57,944 nucleotides of DNA from an uncultured Methanosarcinales archaeon (GTDB lineage: Archaea; Nanobdellota; Nanobdellia; Woesearchaeales; GW2011-AR9). This document shows positions 17,126-25,068 of the stretch, piece after piece (position 1 is the stretch's first letter; each line of letters begins with the position of its first letter). The position numbers and the translations under genes were made by a program. The DNA is taken from positions 12,206 to 70,149 of the forward strand of contig CAZIUU010000001.1 in assembly GCA_964542815.1 (NCBI GenBank), in the 5' to 3' direction. The notes beneath the pieces are model-generated. The model was not told the DNA's origin and did no database searches. It saw nothing but the letters and a program-made list of their open reading frames with translations.

Positions 17126-17148
17126 GCCAGAACAGTTAAGGCAAAGAG

Positions 17149-17171
17149 AGGTGCTTAGGCACCTTTTTTTT
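17149..17171 (+). terminator. hairpin plus T8 tract downstream of ftsZ
   Basis: AGGTGC-TTAG-GCACCT followed by TTTTTTTT, 24 nt after the ftsZ stop. Confidence 0.55.
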
Positions 17172-17281
17172 GATTCATATTCAAATCTTGCCTTTTCTCG
17201 TTCTTTCGCAACCCACCACCCCTTTGGTTCAAAAGAAAAAGAGGCAAGATTTACTTTTTTATTTTTTTCTTTAAAAACAAA

Positions 17282-17292
17282 CATTTAAATAG
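17282..17292 (+). promoter_or_regulatory. TATA-like box CATTTAAATAG upstream of the AbrB-like gene
   Basis: 25-35 nt upstream of the ATG at 17317. The same 12-mer ACATTTAAATAG recurs at 23976-23987. Confidence 0.4.
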
Positions 17293-17316
17293 TTCTTACA
17301 TTTCTTACAAGTAACC

Positions 17317-17565
17317 ATGGTACTACTTGAAATTAAAACCGCCACCATAACTGGAAAAGGTCAAATTGCTATTCCCAGAGATATTCGTGAGTTAGAAGGA
17401 TTCGAAGAGGGAGGGAAAATTGCAATTTTAGCTTTTGAAAATAGAGTAGAATTACGTCCGCTTAAACAGTTCAATGAGAAGATGTCAACTGCATTTGCGA
17501 GTGAGAAATCTTTAGCTGTTGATTGGTTGAGTAAAGAGGATGAAATAGCATGGAAGAATTTGTAA
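17317..17565 (+). CDS. AbrB/SpoVT-family DNA-binding protein (antitoxin-like, no adjacent toxin)
   Basis: TGKGQIAIPRDIRELEGFEEGGKIAILAFENRVELRPL is a swapped-hairpin AbrB/MazE-type motif. Confidence 0.7.
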   Translation: MVLLEIKTATITGKGQIAIPRDIRELEGFEEGGKIAILAFENRVELRPLKQFNEKMSTAFASEKSLAVDWLSKEDEIAWKNL

Positions 17566-17676
17566 AGGGCTTATTTTTAAAAGTTAATTCCCAGTGGTTT
17601 AAGCTTATTTTACGATTTTAGTTCTTTAAAAGAATATAATGTATATGCTTTACCGAAAGTCTTATAAAGAAGCCCC

Positions 17677-18084
17677 TTGCTGAATAGGATTATGACAATT
17701 ATTGCACCAGACTCATCAGAACGGATCTTATTAGTAGAAGATGAACCCGCTATTTCCGAGCTATTGGAAATTCGCTTAACCAAGTTGGGTTTTAAAGTTC
17801 ATACCGCTTCTGGTGAAGGGGAAGCTCTTCAAGCAGCTAGAGCGTATGTTCCTAATCTCATCCTTTCAGACACCCATCTAGGGGGCGATTTTGGGCCAAA
17901 GATAGTTCCGGTTCTGAGGGCAGAGGGCTATCAAGGCTTGGTTTATGGAATGTCTACGGATAAAGAAGTAGAAGATCTTTGGATTCAGGCTGGTGCACAG
18001 CGTTTCTTCCCTAAGCGTAATCTTACCATCGATCCTACAGCAGCAGTTCAATTGATGCGGGGAGATTTAAAGAGGAAATATTAA
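17677..18084 (+). CDS. stand-alone response-regulator receiver (CheY-like) domain protein
   Basis: ILLVEDEP (acidic pocket), LILSD (phospho-acceptor Asp), GMSTD, FFPK. No output domain. Confidence 0.8.
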   Translation: MLNRIMTIIAPDSSERILLVEDEPAISELLEIRLTKLGFKVHTASGEGEALQAARAYVPNLILSDTHLGGDFGPKIVPVLRAEGYQGLVYGMSTDKEVEDLWIQAGAQRFFPKRNLTIDPTAAVQLMRGDLKRKY

Positions 18085-18145
18085 CTTTTTTTGATTGCAT
18101 TTCACCCCACGATTGCAGGTGGAGATATAAGCGGTATTTTAAGGC

Positions 18146-18619
18146 TTAACGGTTCTTTTCTATCCCTAATAATTCTTGAACTTTCTGATATACTTGATTC
18201 GGGTTTTCAATGTATTGCATTACTAAGCCACCATACCCATAATGGCCGTGGACTTCCTGATGTCCTGCAGTTAGTAAGCGAATAGTTCCCGTGTTGAACA
18301 TCCTATCCCAAACCGTCTTAATTAAGATGCAATCAGTTACTTTCTTGTAATCTACGGTTCTTTGAGTGATATTAAGGAAGCCTTCATAGAATTCTGCTTT
18401 GTTCTGATAGAAAATATAACGTTTAGAATTAAGGTTCATAAAATGAAGGATAAGAAAGATGATCGCAAGTAAAAAGCCGATAACCACTCCTACCCCAATT
18501 GATCGGAGTGGAATACCGATTATTGTTCCTATGAACCCTCCGATAAATAAAGCTAAGATTAAAGAGGGTATAATTGCCACAACTAATTGCGGCCTTAGAG
18601 TAAATAGTGTTTTTTCCAT
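18146..18619 (-). CDS. membrane protein with a bacterial PH (YdbS/YdbT-like, bPH_2) domain
   Basis: Two N-terminal TM helices. Then KRYIFYQNKAEFYEGFLNITQRTVDYKKVTDCILIKTVWDRMFNTGTIRLLTAG. Confidence 0.7.
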   Translation of the reverse strand: MEKTLFTLRPQLVVAIIPSLILALFIGGFIGTIIGIPLRSIGVGVVIGFLLAIIFLILHFMNLNSKRYIFYQNKAEFYEGFLNITQRTVDYKKVTDCILIKTVWDRMFNTGTIRLLTAGHQEVHGHYGYGGLVMQYIENPNQVYQKVQELLGIEKNR

Positions 18620-18668
18620 GGTATCTCTGTGGTTATTGCTTCAGTTTATATTATTTTCTAGTAAATTT

Positions 18669-18837
18669 GTATTTGTTTAGCATCATCAGGTCAAAATCCA
18701 ATTGATTATGACATAGAGAATGACAAGGGGATGTCCCTTACGGGGATGTCGTTTTAACAATATTTGAAGAGGGGATTTTGAAGTGTGAGCGCACTCACAT
18801 TACGAGACCGAAGTCGAGTCTAATGCCAAACAAATAC
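18669..18837 (-). ncRNA. UCCCCG-apex structured element, copy D (minus orientation)
   Basis: On the minus strand the closing stem GUAUUUGUUUGGCAU/AUGCUAAACAAAUAC has one G-U pair, which would be an A-C mismatch on the plus strand. P2 is UCAAAAUCC/GGAUUUUGA. The apex is GACA-UCCCCGUAAGGGACAUCCCC-UUGUC. Confidence 0.5.
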
Positions 18838-19425
18838 GTAAATTTTAAAAATAAGCCCTTTTATGACATAGATATGTTTGAACATAATTCCTCGGAAAGA
18901 AGCTTAGAAAAGGTTGGTATTGCTTTAGAAAGATTAGTTAAGGATAAACACTTACAGCTTCCTTTAACTGGTGAGAATAACAAGTATCTAATTTTGAACT
19001 GGATTGATCCTATGTTTAATGGAGTTGCCCCTAATTATACTTTACGTGCTTTTTTCGATAGAAAGCAGAGGGGCTACACCTCTGATGTATGCGATAAAGT
19101 GTTTTCAGGCTTGTATGGAATGACCGAGCAAGCATATCTAATCCGTTTCTTTGAGAAGTATTGGCAAAGAGACCGAGAGGAAATATTTAGCTTCCAGGAA
19201 GATTTTCAGGAATTGAATGAAGGATTAAAAGAGGAATTAAGAGAGGTTGTTTATCAAGTACGACAGAGGGAAAATGTCAGCAAGGAAGAGTATTCAATTA
19301 TGATTGGAATTTTTTTTCTGGATAAAGCCCATAAGTTAGGATTGGTTCAGCCATATGGCTGTTTTCTAAAGCATGCTTTGGTTGAGGTTGATGAGGCTCT
19401 CGGATGGGGTATGAAAGAAGGATGA
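18823..19425 (+). CDS. hypothetical protein (start moved to the internal ATG)
   Basis: The first 15 codons of the ORF-track model (18778) lie inside the repeat element. MPNKYVNFKN begins at 18823. Confidence 0.5.
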   Translation: MPNKYVNFKNKPFYDIDMFEHNSSERSLEKVGIALERLVKDKHLQLPLTGENNKYLILNWIDPMFNGVAPNYTLRAFFDRKQRGYTSDVCDKVFSGLYGMTEQAYLIRFFEKYWQRDREEIFSFQEDFQELNEGLKEELREVVYQVRQRENVSKEEYSIMIGIFFLDKAHKLGLVQPYGCFLKHALVEVDEALGWGMKEG

Positions 19426-19490
19426 AATTTTTTCATTTTACTCTTTGAAAAACGCAGATTTTAAAAACAACCTCATTTTACTAACTAATT

Positions 19491-21041
19491 ATGGAAAAAA
19501 ATAACCACAAAGAAACTCATTCGAAGCCGATTAAAGTAGAAGCTAACGTTAAATCAGCTAATGCTAAATCAAATACTTCTAAACCAAATGCGGCTAAACA
19601 AGATACTAAATGCATCTCAGTAAAGAAAGCTGATGATTTCAGCGAGTGGTATACACAAGTTATTCAGAAAGCTGAACTTATAGAATATAGCCCTGTCTCT
19701 GGATGTTATATCTTAAGACCTAATGCTTACTTTGTGTGGGAACAGGTGCAGAAATATTTTGATGGGCTGATAAAGAAAGATGGAGTAAAAAACGCTTATT
19801 TCCCCCTATTTATTCCTGAGAGCCTATTATCTAAAGAATCATCGCATGTTAAAGGCTTTGCTCCGGAAGTAGCGTGGGTAGATTATGGGGGAGACACTAA
19901 ATTAGGAGAACGTTTGGCAGTACGTCCTACTTCAGAGACTATAATGTACGATACTTATTCTAAGTGGATTCGTTCGTATAAAGATCTTCCGTTGCGGATA
20001 AACCAGTGGTGCAATGTGGTAAGATGGGAATTCAAGCATTGTACACCATTTTTGCGAAGCAGGGAATTCTTATGGCAGGAAGGGCATACCGTTTTTGCAA
20101 CCAAAGAAGAAGCGGTAACTGAATCTCTAAAAATATTAAACTTTTATGAGATGGTGTTTAAAGAGCTGTATGCTTTGCCTGTGCTGAAAGGGCAGAAATC
20201 AGAATCAGAGAAATTTGCTGGTGCTGATAAGACTTTGTCGGTGGAAGCATTCCTGCCTAACGGAAAAGCTATTCAAGGGGCAACTTCACATAACTTGGGA
20301 CAAAACTTTTCTAAAGCCTTTAATATTACTTTCCTAGATGAAACTGGCAAATCGCAGTTTGGCTGGCAAAATTCATGGGGAATATCTACTCGAAGTATTG
20401 GAGTAATGATTTTAATGCATTCCGACGACAAAGGTTTAGTGCTGCCCCCTAAAGTAGCTCCTACTCAAGTTGTTATCGTGCCGATCGTATTTGAAGACAG
20501 TAAAAATGCAGTTTTGTTTAAAGCTAATGAAATTTTAAAGAAACTTACCGAGAAAGGCTTACGAGTTGAGTTGGATGCCCGCGAAGGCTATACTCCCGGC
20601 TGGAAATTCAACGAATGGGAAATTAAAGGCGTTCCTATCCGCTTAGAATTTGGTCCAAAAGATATGGAAAAGCATCAGGTTATGTTAGTGCGCAGAGATA
20701 CGGGAGAGAAACAGGCGTTGCCTCTGGCTGCTTTGGCTGATGAAGTGGAATTGGTGCTGACTCAAATTCAAGAGAATTTATTTAAGAAAGCTAAGACGCA
20801 TTTAGATACAAGTATAGTTACAATTGATAATATTTCCGAAGCAAAGAAGCAATTGGAGAAGCAGAAATTATTATTTGCTCCTTGGTGTAATGAAGCCGAA
20901 TGCGAAGAGAAGTTTAAAGCGGATACCGGAGCGAAGTCATTGAATTCTCCGTTAGAACAGCCTTCATTGAAGAAAGGTCAGAAATGTTTCGCTTGTGGTA
21001 AGCTGGCTAAGGAGTGGTTTTACTTTGGACGGAGTTATTAG
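19491..21041 (+). CDS. proS: prolyl-tRNA synthetase, archaeal/eukaryal type, with a Lys/Asn-rich N-terminal extension
   Basis: Class II motifs RPTSETIMYDTYSKWIRSYKDLPLRINQWCNVVRWE, FLRSREFLWQEGHT, QGATSHNLGQNF. C-terminal Cys cluster ending ...FGRSY. Confidence 0.93.
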   Translation: MEKNNHKETHSKPIKVEANVKSANAKSNTSKPNAAKQDTKCISVKKADDFSEWYTQVIQKAELIEYSPVSGCYILRPNAYFVWEQVQKYFDGLIKKDGVKNAYFPLFIPESLLSKESSHVKGFAPEVAWVDYGGDTKLGERLAVRPTSETIMYDTYSKWIRSYKDLPLRINQWCNVVRWEFKHCTPFLRSREFLWQEGHTVFATKEEAVTESLKILNFYEMVFKELYALPVLKGQKSESEKFAGADKTLSVEAFLPNGKAIQGATSHNLGQNFSKAFNITFLDETGKSQFGWQNSWGISTRSIGVMILMHSDDKGLVLPPKVAPTQVVIVPIVFEDSKNAVLFKANEILKKLTEKGLRVELDAREGYTPGWKFNEWEIKGVPIRLEFGPKDMEKHQVMLVRRDTGEKQALPLAALADEVELVLTQIQENLFKKAKTHLDTSIVTIDNISEAKKQLEKQKLLFAPWCNEAECEEKFKADTGAKSLNSPLEQPSLKKGQKCFACGKLAKEWFYFGRSY

Positions 21042-21042
21042 C

Positions 21043-21170
21043 TAGGCTTTATGCCTACTTTGTTTTGATGCAACTTTTGTAAAAGTTGCTTTGGGAGAAG
21101 TTATTAGGCGAGTGCCTCTCTTTTGATGCAACTTTTGTAAAAGTTGCAGGCGGTTCTATTTTGGGAGAAG
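21043..21170. repeat. tandem ~58-bp duplication containing the 27-bp palindromic unit TTTTGATGCAACTTTTGTAAAAGTTGC (21063-21089 and 21121-21147)
   Basis: Exact 27-mer repeated with a 58-bp period. Each copy is preceded by a short GC hairpin (TAGGC..GCCTA / AGGC..GCCT) and followed by TTTGGGAGAAG. Lies between the convergent genes proS and 21182..21526. Confidence 0.7.
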
Positions 21171-21181
21171 CTACTAAAATT

Positions 21182-21526
21182 TTAATCGCTGCGGAGAGTG
21201 GCGATATATTTCCCAGTTGAATTTTTCATAACTTGATATTTTGCGATTACCTCATCAAGTATTCCATCAGATTTAATTCTTTCTACATTAACTCTATAAC
21301 CCTCTTCCGGTATCTTTTCCGTCCCAAGCTTCGGGAAAAGTCCTCCCTCGTTGCTCAAAACAATTAAATTACCAATTAAATGTCCTTCTAGTCCACAACA
21401 TTCACTGGGATGAATTTTAGCGAATTCAGGTTTTTTATCCAAAACCCAAAAAGTATCTGTTTTGTATCCAAGAAGATTTCCACCATTATCATATACTGCC
21501 ATTCGGCAACTGTCTGTTTGAGTCAT
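21182..21526 (-). CDS. hypothetical protein
   Basis: ORF track only. No motif recognised. Confidence 0.4.
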   Translation of the reverse strand: MTQTDSCRMAVYDNGGNLLGYKTDTFWVLDKKPEFAKIHPSECCGLEGHLIGNLIVLSNEGGLFPKLGTEKIPEEGYRVNVERIKSDGILDEVIAKYQVMKNSTGKYIATLRSD

Positions 21527-21605
21527 GATTTTTAGGATTAATTCGTCTGCTTTAAAAGATTATTGTTGTTGTAGTATATGAATCATTTTACTGACATTTC
21601 CTCTC

Positions 21606-22238
21606 CTATCCTTTCCTATCTTCTTCTCTTCTATAATCCCACTTGCTATGCTTTAAAGAAGCTTCTAAAGAACCAATGAAATTTTGTGCTGCATCAAGAA
21701 TGGTTACTTTCCCGTCTGTGTTGGTGTATCTGCACCAGGCATGCGCCCCTAATGCCCAAGAATTTCTATCCACACTTACTTTACCTTTAAGATAACCATC
21801 TTTGATAAATCTCTCTAACAAGAATGCCGTAAGTAAAGCCTGTTGTCGGCATACGCCATATTGTTCGTCTAAAAATGCACCTAAAGAAATCTTGCGGTCA
21901 TCAACAGCTCCTCTTTCTTTAATTATTTTCTCAGTTTCTTCTTCAGAATAACGTAATCTTACTTTTACGGTGTTGAATACGATTCCTAAGACAATAACCG
22001 GGTGAGCAGAGTTATAATCCTTCCCAAAACATAACGCTTTTACCTCGTCGTAAACTTGTCCAATCAATGGATACTTTACTGAATCAACTACAATCGCTTC
22101 TCGTTCATGTCCACCTAAATATACTCCTCCTTCGATAGGGCTGTCTCTTTTGATAATATGACGACCTTCGTAAATCTCTTGGCTGATTTTATCTTCCAAG
22201 CGTTGTAATGCCACTTTCGTCCTTAACCAATTCATCAT
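21606..22238 (-). CDS. transglutaminase-like cysteine protease-fold protein
   Basis: YGVCRQQALLTAFLL...GAHAWCRY...VTILDAAQ fits the Cys-His-Asp transglutaminase-core spacing. Confidence 0.5.
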   Translation of the reverse strand: MMNWLRTKVALQRLEDKISQEIYEGRHIIKRDSPIEGGVYLGGHEREAIVVDSVKYPLIGQVYDEVKALCFGKDYNSAHPVIVLGIVFNTVKVRLRYSEEETEKIIKERGAVDDRKISLGAFLDEQYGVCRQQALLTAFLLERFIKDGYLKGKVSVDRNSWALGAHAWCRYTNTDGKVTILDAAQNFIGSLEASLKHSKWDYRREEDRKG

Positions 22239-22357
22239 CTCTACAGAAATAAGCTGGAGATTTAAATACTTTACTACTCCAAAATAGTTCTAACCGCAAA
22301 GCTTTTAAATGGGCTTCCAACTTAGGGTGAAATATAACAATAGCGAGGGAATTTAAC

Positions 22358-22546
22358 ATGACATATAGCGGAATTTATTTTATAGGAGAGGCCGATAAAG
22401 CTTCTGATGAGTCTTTGTATCGAGAGATTGGATATAGCGATGCTCATTTAATTCAACAGAGAAAAGCATTTGAAGCATTAGGAGCGGGTACAGTTTCGGA
22501 CGAGGAGCATGATTTGTGGATTAAAACAGATGTAGAAGAACTGTAA
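22358..22546 (+). CDS. small acidic hypothetical protein
   Basis: ORF track only. Confidence 0.3.
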   Translation: MTYSGIYFIGEADKASDESLYREIGYSDAHLIQQRKAFEALGAGTVSDEEHDLWIKTDVEEL

Positions 22547-22569
22547 CTGTTTTTTCTCATATTTGTTTA

Positions 22570-22777
22570 GCATTAGACTCGACTTCGGTCTCGTAATGTG
22601 AGTGCGCTCACACTTCAAAATCCTAACTCATAAGTATCGCTGGAGCCACATCCCCGTAGGGGGCACGTCCCCCTGTGGCTCTCGAAGTGATATCGCAGGG
22701 ATTTTGACCTACACTCGACAGCGGTCTCTTTATGTTGCTGAGGCAACATTATGATGCTAAACAAATACTTTCCCTCA
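22570..22777 (+). ncRNA. UCCCCG-apex structured element, copy C (longest copy, with extra hairpins)
   Basis: P1 UAUUUGUUUAGCAU/AUGCUAAACAAAUA. P2 UCAAAAUCC/GGAUUUUGA. P3 GAGCCACA/UGUGGCUC. Apex UCCCCGUAGGGGGCACGUCCCC. Extra hairpins: GAC-UUCG-GUC, GUGAG-UGCG-CUCAC, AUGUUGC-UGAG-GCAACAU. Confidence 0.5.
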
Positions 22778-22814
22778 TCACCTTTATTAACCACTTCTAT
22801 ATCTCTCTTAAACA

Positions 22815-23921
22815 ATGGCTTTAAATCGCGAGATAATTGTTCTGGGAGACATCGAAATGGGTGGAGGAACGCTTACCGATGATTTCATCAGCGATAATGC
22901 TCTCTCAGAATTAATCTCAGAACTCAATCGGCGTCCGCATCCGGTTGATTTAATCTTAAATGGAGATACATTTGACTTTCTGAAATGCCCTTATTCAAAA
23001 GGAGGAAAATTAGTTTACACCAGGCATATTACTGCAGAGGTTTCTTTGAATAAATTGGACTTGATTTGTTCTGCCCATAAAAAAGTGTTTGATGTGCTCA
23101 CTAAATTTATACGTTCACCTCATCACAACTTATTTTTTGTATTTGGTAATCATGATTTAGACTTAGTTTTTCCTCAAGTGCAAGAAAAGCTTAGAAAAAT
23201 GCTGCGGGCAAAATCAAATGTTCATTTTATAATCCGATATAATGCTGATGGAGTATACGTAGAGCACGGGATGCAGTACGATTATCTCAATAAAATTGAT
23301 TTCCAGAATATGTTTCTTAAACACAAAGGAAAAACACTGCTTAACCTAGCTTGGGTTTCATTTGGATTAATTGGAAAGATGCTTCCATTGAAAGAGGATC
23401 ACCCTTTCTTAGAAAGAATTATGGACCGACCCAGATTATTTACTATAAACAAATTCTTGAGAAAAAGGATGGCATGGAAAGTTACCGAATATTTCTTTAA
23501 GAGCATGATATATTATCCATGGAGATATATTACTGATCCCACTTATGCTTTTCCCAGAGGATTATACCGTGAATTCCTGCGTAGGATGAAGCATGCGCAT
23601 TGGGAAGTTGACACCATTGTGAGCGTATTCAAAAGAAACAAACGCCGCAGCCTGCACAAGAATAAGATTTATGTTTTAGGCCACGTACATCATCATTACC
23701 TGGAAGAGAAAGAAGGCAGCGTAATTATTCATCCCGGCAGCTGGAGAGATGAATATGATTTGGATGAAAACGATTATTTAATTCATCGGGTGAAGAAGTA
23801 TGTGCAAGTCATCCCTTATCCCATTAAGCGAAGCAAGTTTAAGCTGGAAGACGCGCTGAAGAACGAGAAGAAGTGTCTGAAGACGGCGGCGAAAGAAGAA
23901 AGGTATAATATTGCAGTATGA
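22815..23921 (+). CDS. calcineurin-like metallophosphoesterase
   Basis: VLGDIEMGGG, NGDTFDF, FGNHD, EHGMQYD and LGHVHH motifs occur in canonical order. Confidence 0.75.
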   Translation: MALNREIIVLGDIEMGGGTLTDDFISDNALSELISELNRRPHPVDLILNGDTFDFLKCPYSKGGKLVYTRHITAEVSLNKLDLICSAHKKVFDVLTKFIRSPHHNLFFVFGNHDLDLVFPQVQEKLRKMLRAKSNVHFIIRYNADGVYVEHGMQYDYLNKIDFQNMFLKHKGKTLLNLAWVSFGLIGKMLPLKEDHPFLERIMDRPRLFTINKFLRKRMAWKVTEYFFKSMIYYPWRYITDPTYAFPRGLYREFLRRMKHAHWEVDTIVSVFKRNKRRSLHKNKIYVLGHVHHHYLEEKEGSVIIHPGSWRDEYDLDENDYLIHRVKKYVQVIPYPIKRSKFKLEDALKNEKKCLKTAAKEERYNIAV

Positions 23922-23975
23922 TTTTAACTTTATGATGTATGCATATTACTTTTCACCACTGACTTACACTCAACA

Positions 23976-23987
23976 ACATTTAAATAG
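23976..23987 (+). promoter_or_regulatory. TATA-like box ACATTTAAATAG upstream of 24024..24548
   Basis: Same 12-mer as at 17281-17292. About 37-48 nt upstream of the GTG at 24024. Confidence 0.35.
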
Positions 23988-24023
23988 AAGTTTAGTTCTC
24001 AGCTTTAAGTTCTAATTATCGGG

Positions 24024-24548
24024 GTGGAAAATATCTTAGAAGAAAAATTAAACGAAGTGAGTAACCGCTCATCAATCAAAGATGCGGTAACGGCCGTAGC
24101 TAAGCTAGATTATACTACTTTGAAAGAAGCTTCTACTACTAAAGGTCTAGTAGATGTAGATTTAGAAAAAGATGTTAGTGAAATTGAAAAGTTAACCTCT
24201 GACGATGATTTTGTAGATTACGCTTTATTGCATCAACAACCTCCCGTTAATTATGCTTTGAATTCAGATTATCTTTCCGAGTTAGCTGGAACAAAATCTT
24301 CTTCAGCAGCGTATGAAGATGATGAGAAAGAGAAGAAATATAATGATACACAATCAGAAACTTTTACCACGGAAGAAGCTGAAGAAACCATGGGAGACGT
24401 ATGCTGGTCATCTATGATGGGAAATAAAAGTGAGGTGAGTTATATTGAGCGAAGAAGGCTATCTAATTGGATAATGTTCAATCCGGCTTTGTTTAAGCTG
24501 TTTGAGGCGCAGGCGATGACCAGAGAAGTTAATTATACCGAGTTTTAG
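24024..24548 (+). CDS. acidic hypothetical protein
   Basis: ORF track only. GTG start. No motif recognised. Confidence 0.4.
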   Translation: MENILEEKLNEVSNRSSIKDAVTAVAKLDYTTLKEASTTKGLVDVDLEKDVSEIEKLTSDDDFVDYALLHQQPPVNYALNSDYLSELAGTKSSSAAYEDDEKEKKYNDTQSETFTTEEAEETMGDVCWSSMMGNKSEVSYIERRRLSNWIMFNPALFKLFEAQAMTREVNYTEF

Positions 24549-24618
24549 AATCGTAGTTCCTAAATACTTATAAGTTAGTTTCAGACTGTAATTGTTAAAT
24601 GAATCGGGAGGTAATAAA

Positions 24619-24924
24619 ATGGTAAATGATAATCAAGATGATGCTGAAGTTGGGGGTAGTGGAGAATATAAATCATTTAGAGATTTGATGTATAATTCTG
24701 ATGCAGGTAGATTTCTGATAATGATTAGTCTTTATGTAGGAATAGGAGTAGGAATTTGTGTGGGTTATCAACTCATAGATAATTACTTCCTTAAACCTTC
24801 AAATCCAATAATCCAACAACAAGTAATTGGTGGAGAAAAGCCAGAGGTTTATATCGAAAAAGATGGAGTAAAATACTATTCTCATGTTGATGGCAAAGAA
24901 ATTAGTGATTTATTCAAAAATTAA
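24619..24924 (+). CDS. small single-pass membrane protein (start moved to the ATG preceded by GGGAGG)
   Basis: MVNDNQDD... with TM helix FLIMISLYVGIGVGICVGYQLI. A GGGAGG site lies 7 nt upstream of the ATG at 24619. Confidence 0.45.
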   Translation: MVNDNQDDAEVGGSGEYKSFRDLMYNSDAGRFLIMISLYVGIGVGICVGYQLIDNYFLKPSNPIIQQQVIGGEKPEVYIEKDGVKYYSHVDGKEISDLFKN

Positions 24925-24936
24925 TCTTTGTTTTTT

Positions 24937-25057
24937 GGTTTAGCATCTTCGAAATTCTGAATGTGAATTCGCAAGCGCTGCGTCCCCGTAGGAGGCATCT
25001 CCCCGCGACGCGCTAGCTTCGGTAATCGTTGGAATTTCGACTTTATGATGCTAAACC
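24937..25057 (+). ncRNA. UCCCCG-apex structured element, copy A (minimal 121-nt form)
   Basis: P1 GGUUUAGCAUC/GAUGCUAAACC. P2 UCGAAAUUC/GAAUUUCGA. GC-rich P3 AGCGC../..GCGCU. Apex UCCCCGUAGGAGGCAUCUCCCC. Confidence 0.5.
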
Positions 25058-25068
25058 ATTAGTTGTAT

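Noticed and set aside
18091-18680. Plus-strand ORFs 18091..18285 and 18459..18680.
   Set aside because: They are antisense to the well-supported bPH_2 membrane protein gene (18146..18619) and have no motifs.
21063-21147. Possible mini-CRISPR (a 27-bp palindromic repeat present twice with a 31-bp spacer).
   Set aside because: There are only two repeats, and the so-called spacers share sequence (TTTGGGAGAAG and GC hairpins), so the unit is a 58-bp tandem duplication. No cas genes are in the window.
22615-22815. 66-aa minus-strand ORF between 22358..22546 and the metallophosphoesterase gene. The first 15 codons of the 18778 model (MKCERTHITRPKSSL) raise the same issue.
   Set aside because: Both lie within copies of the structured repeat element. 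The similar peptides they encode are a by-product of the 62-nt shared module being read in frame.
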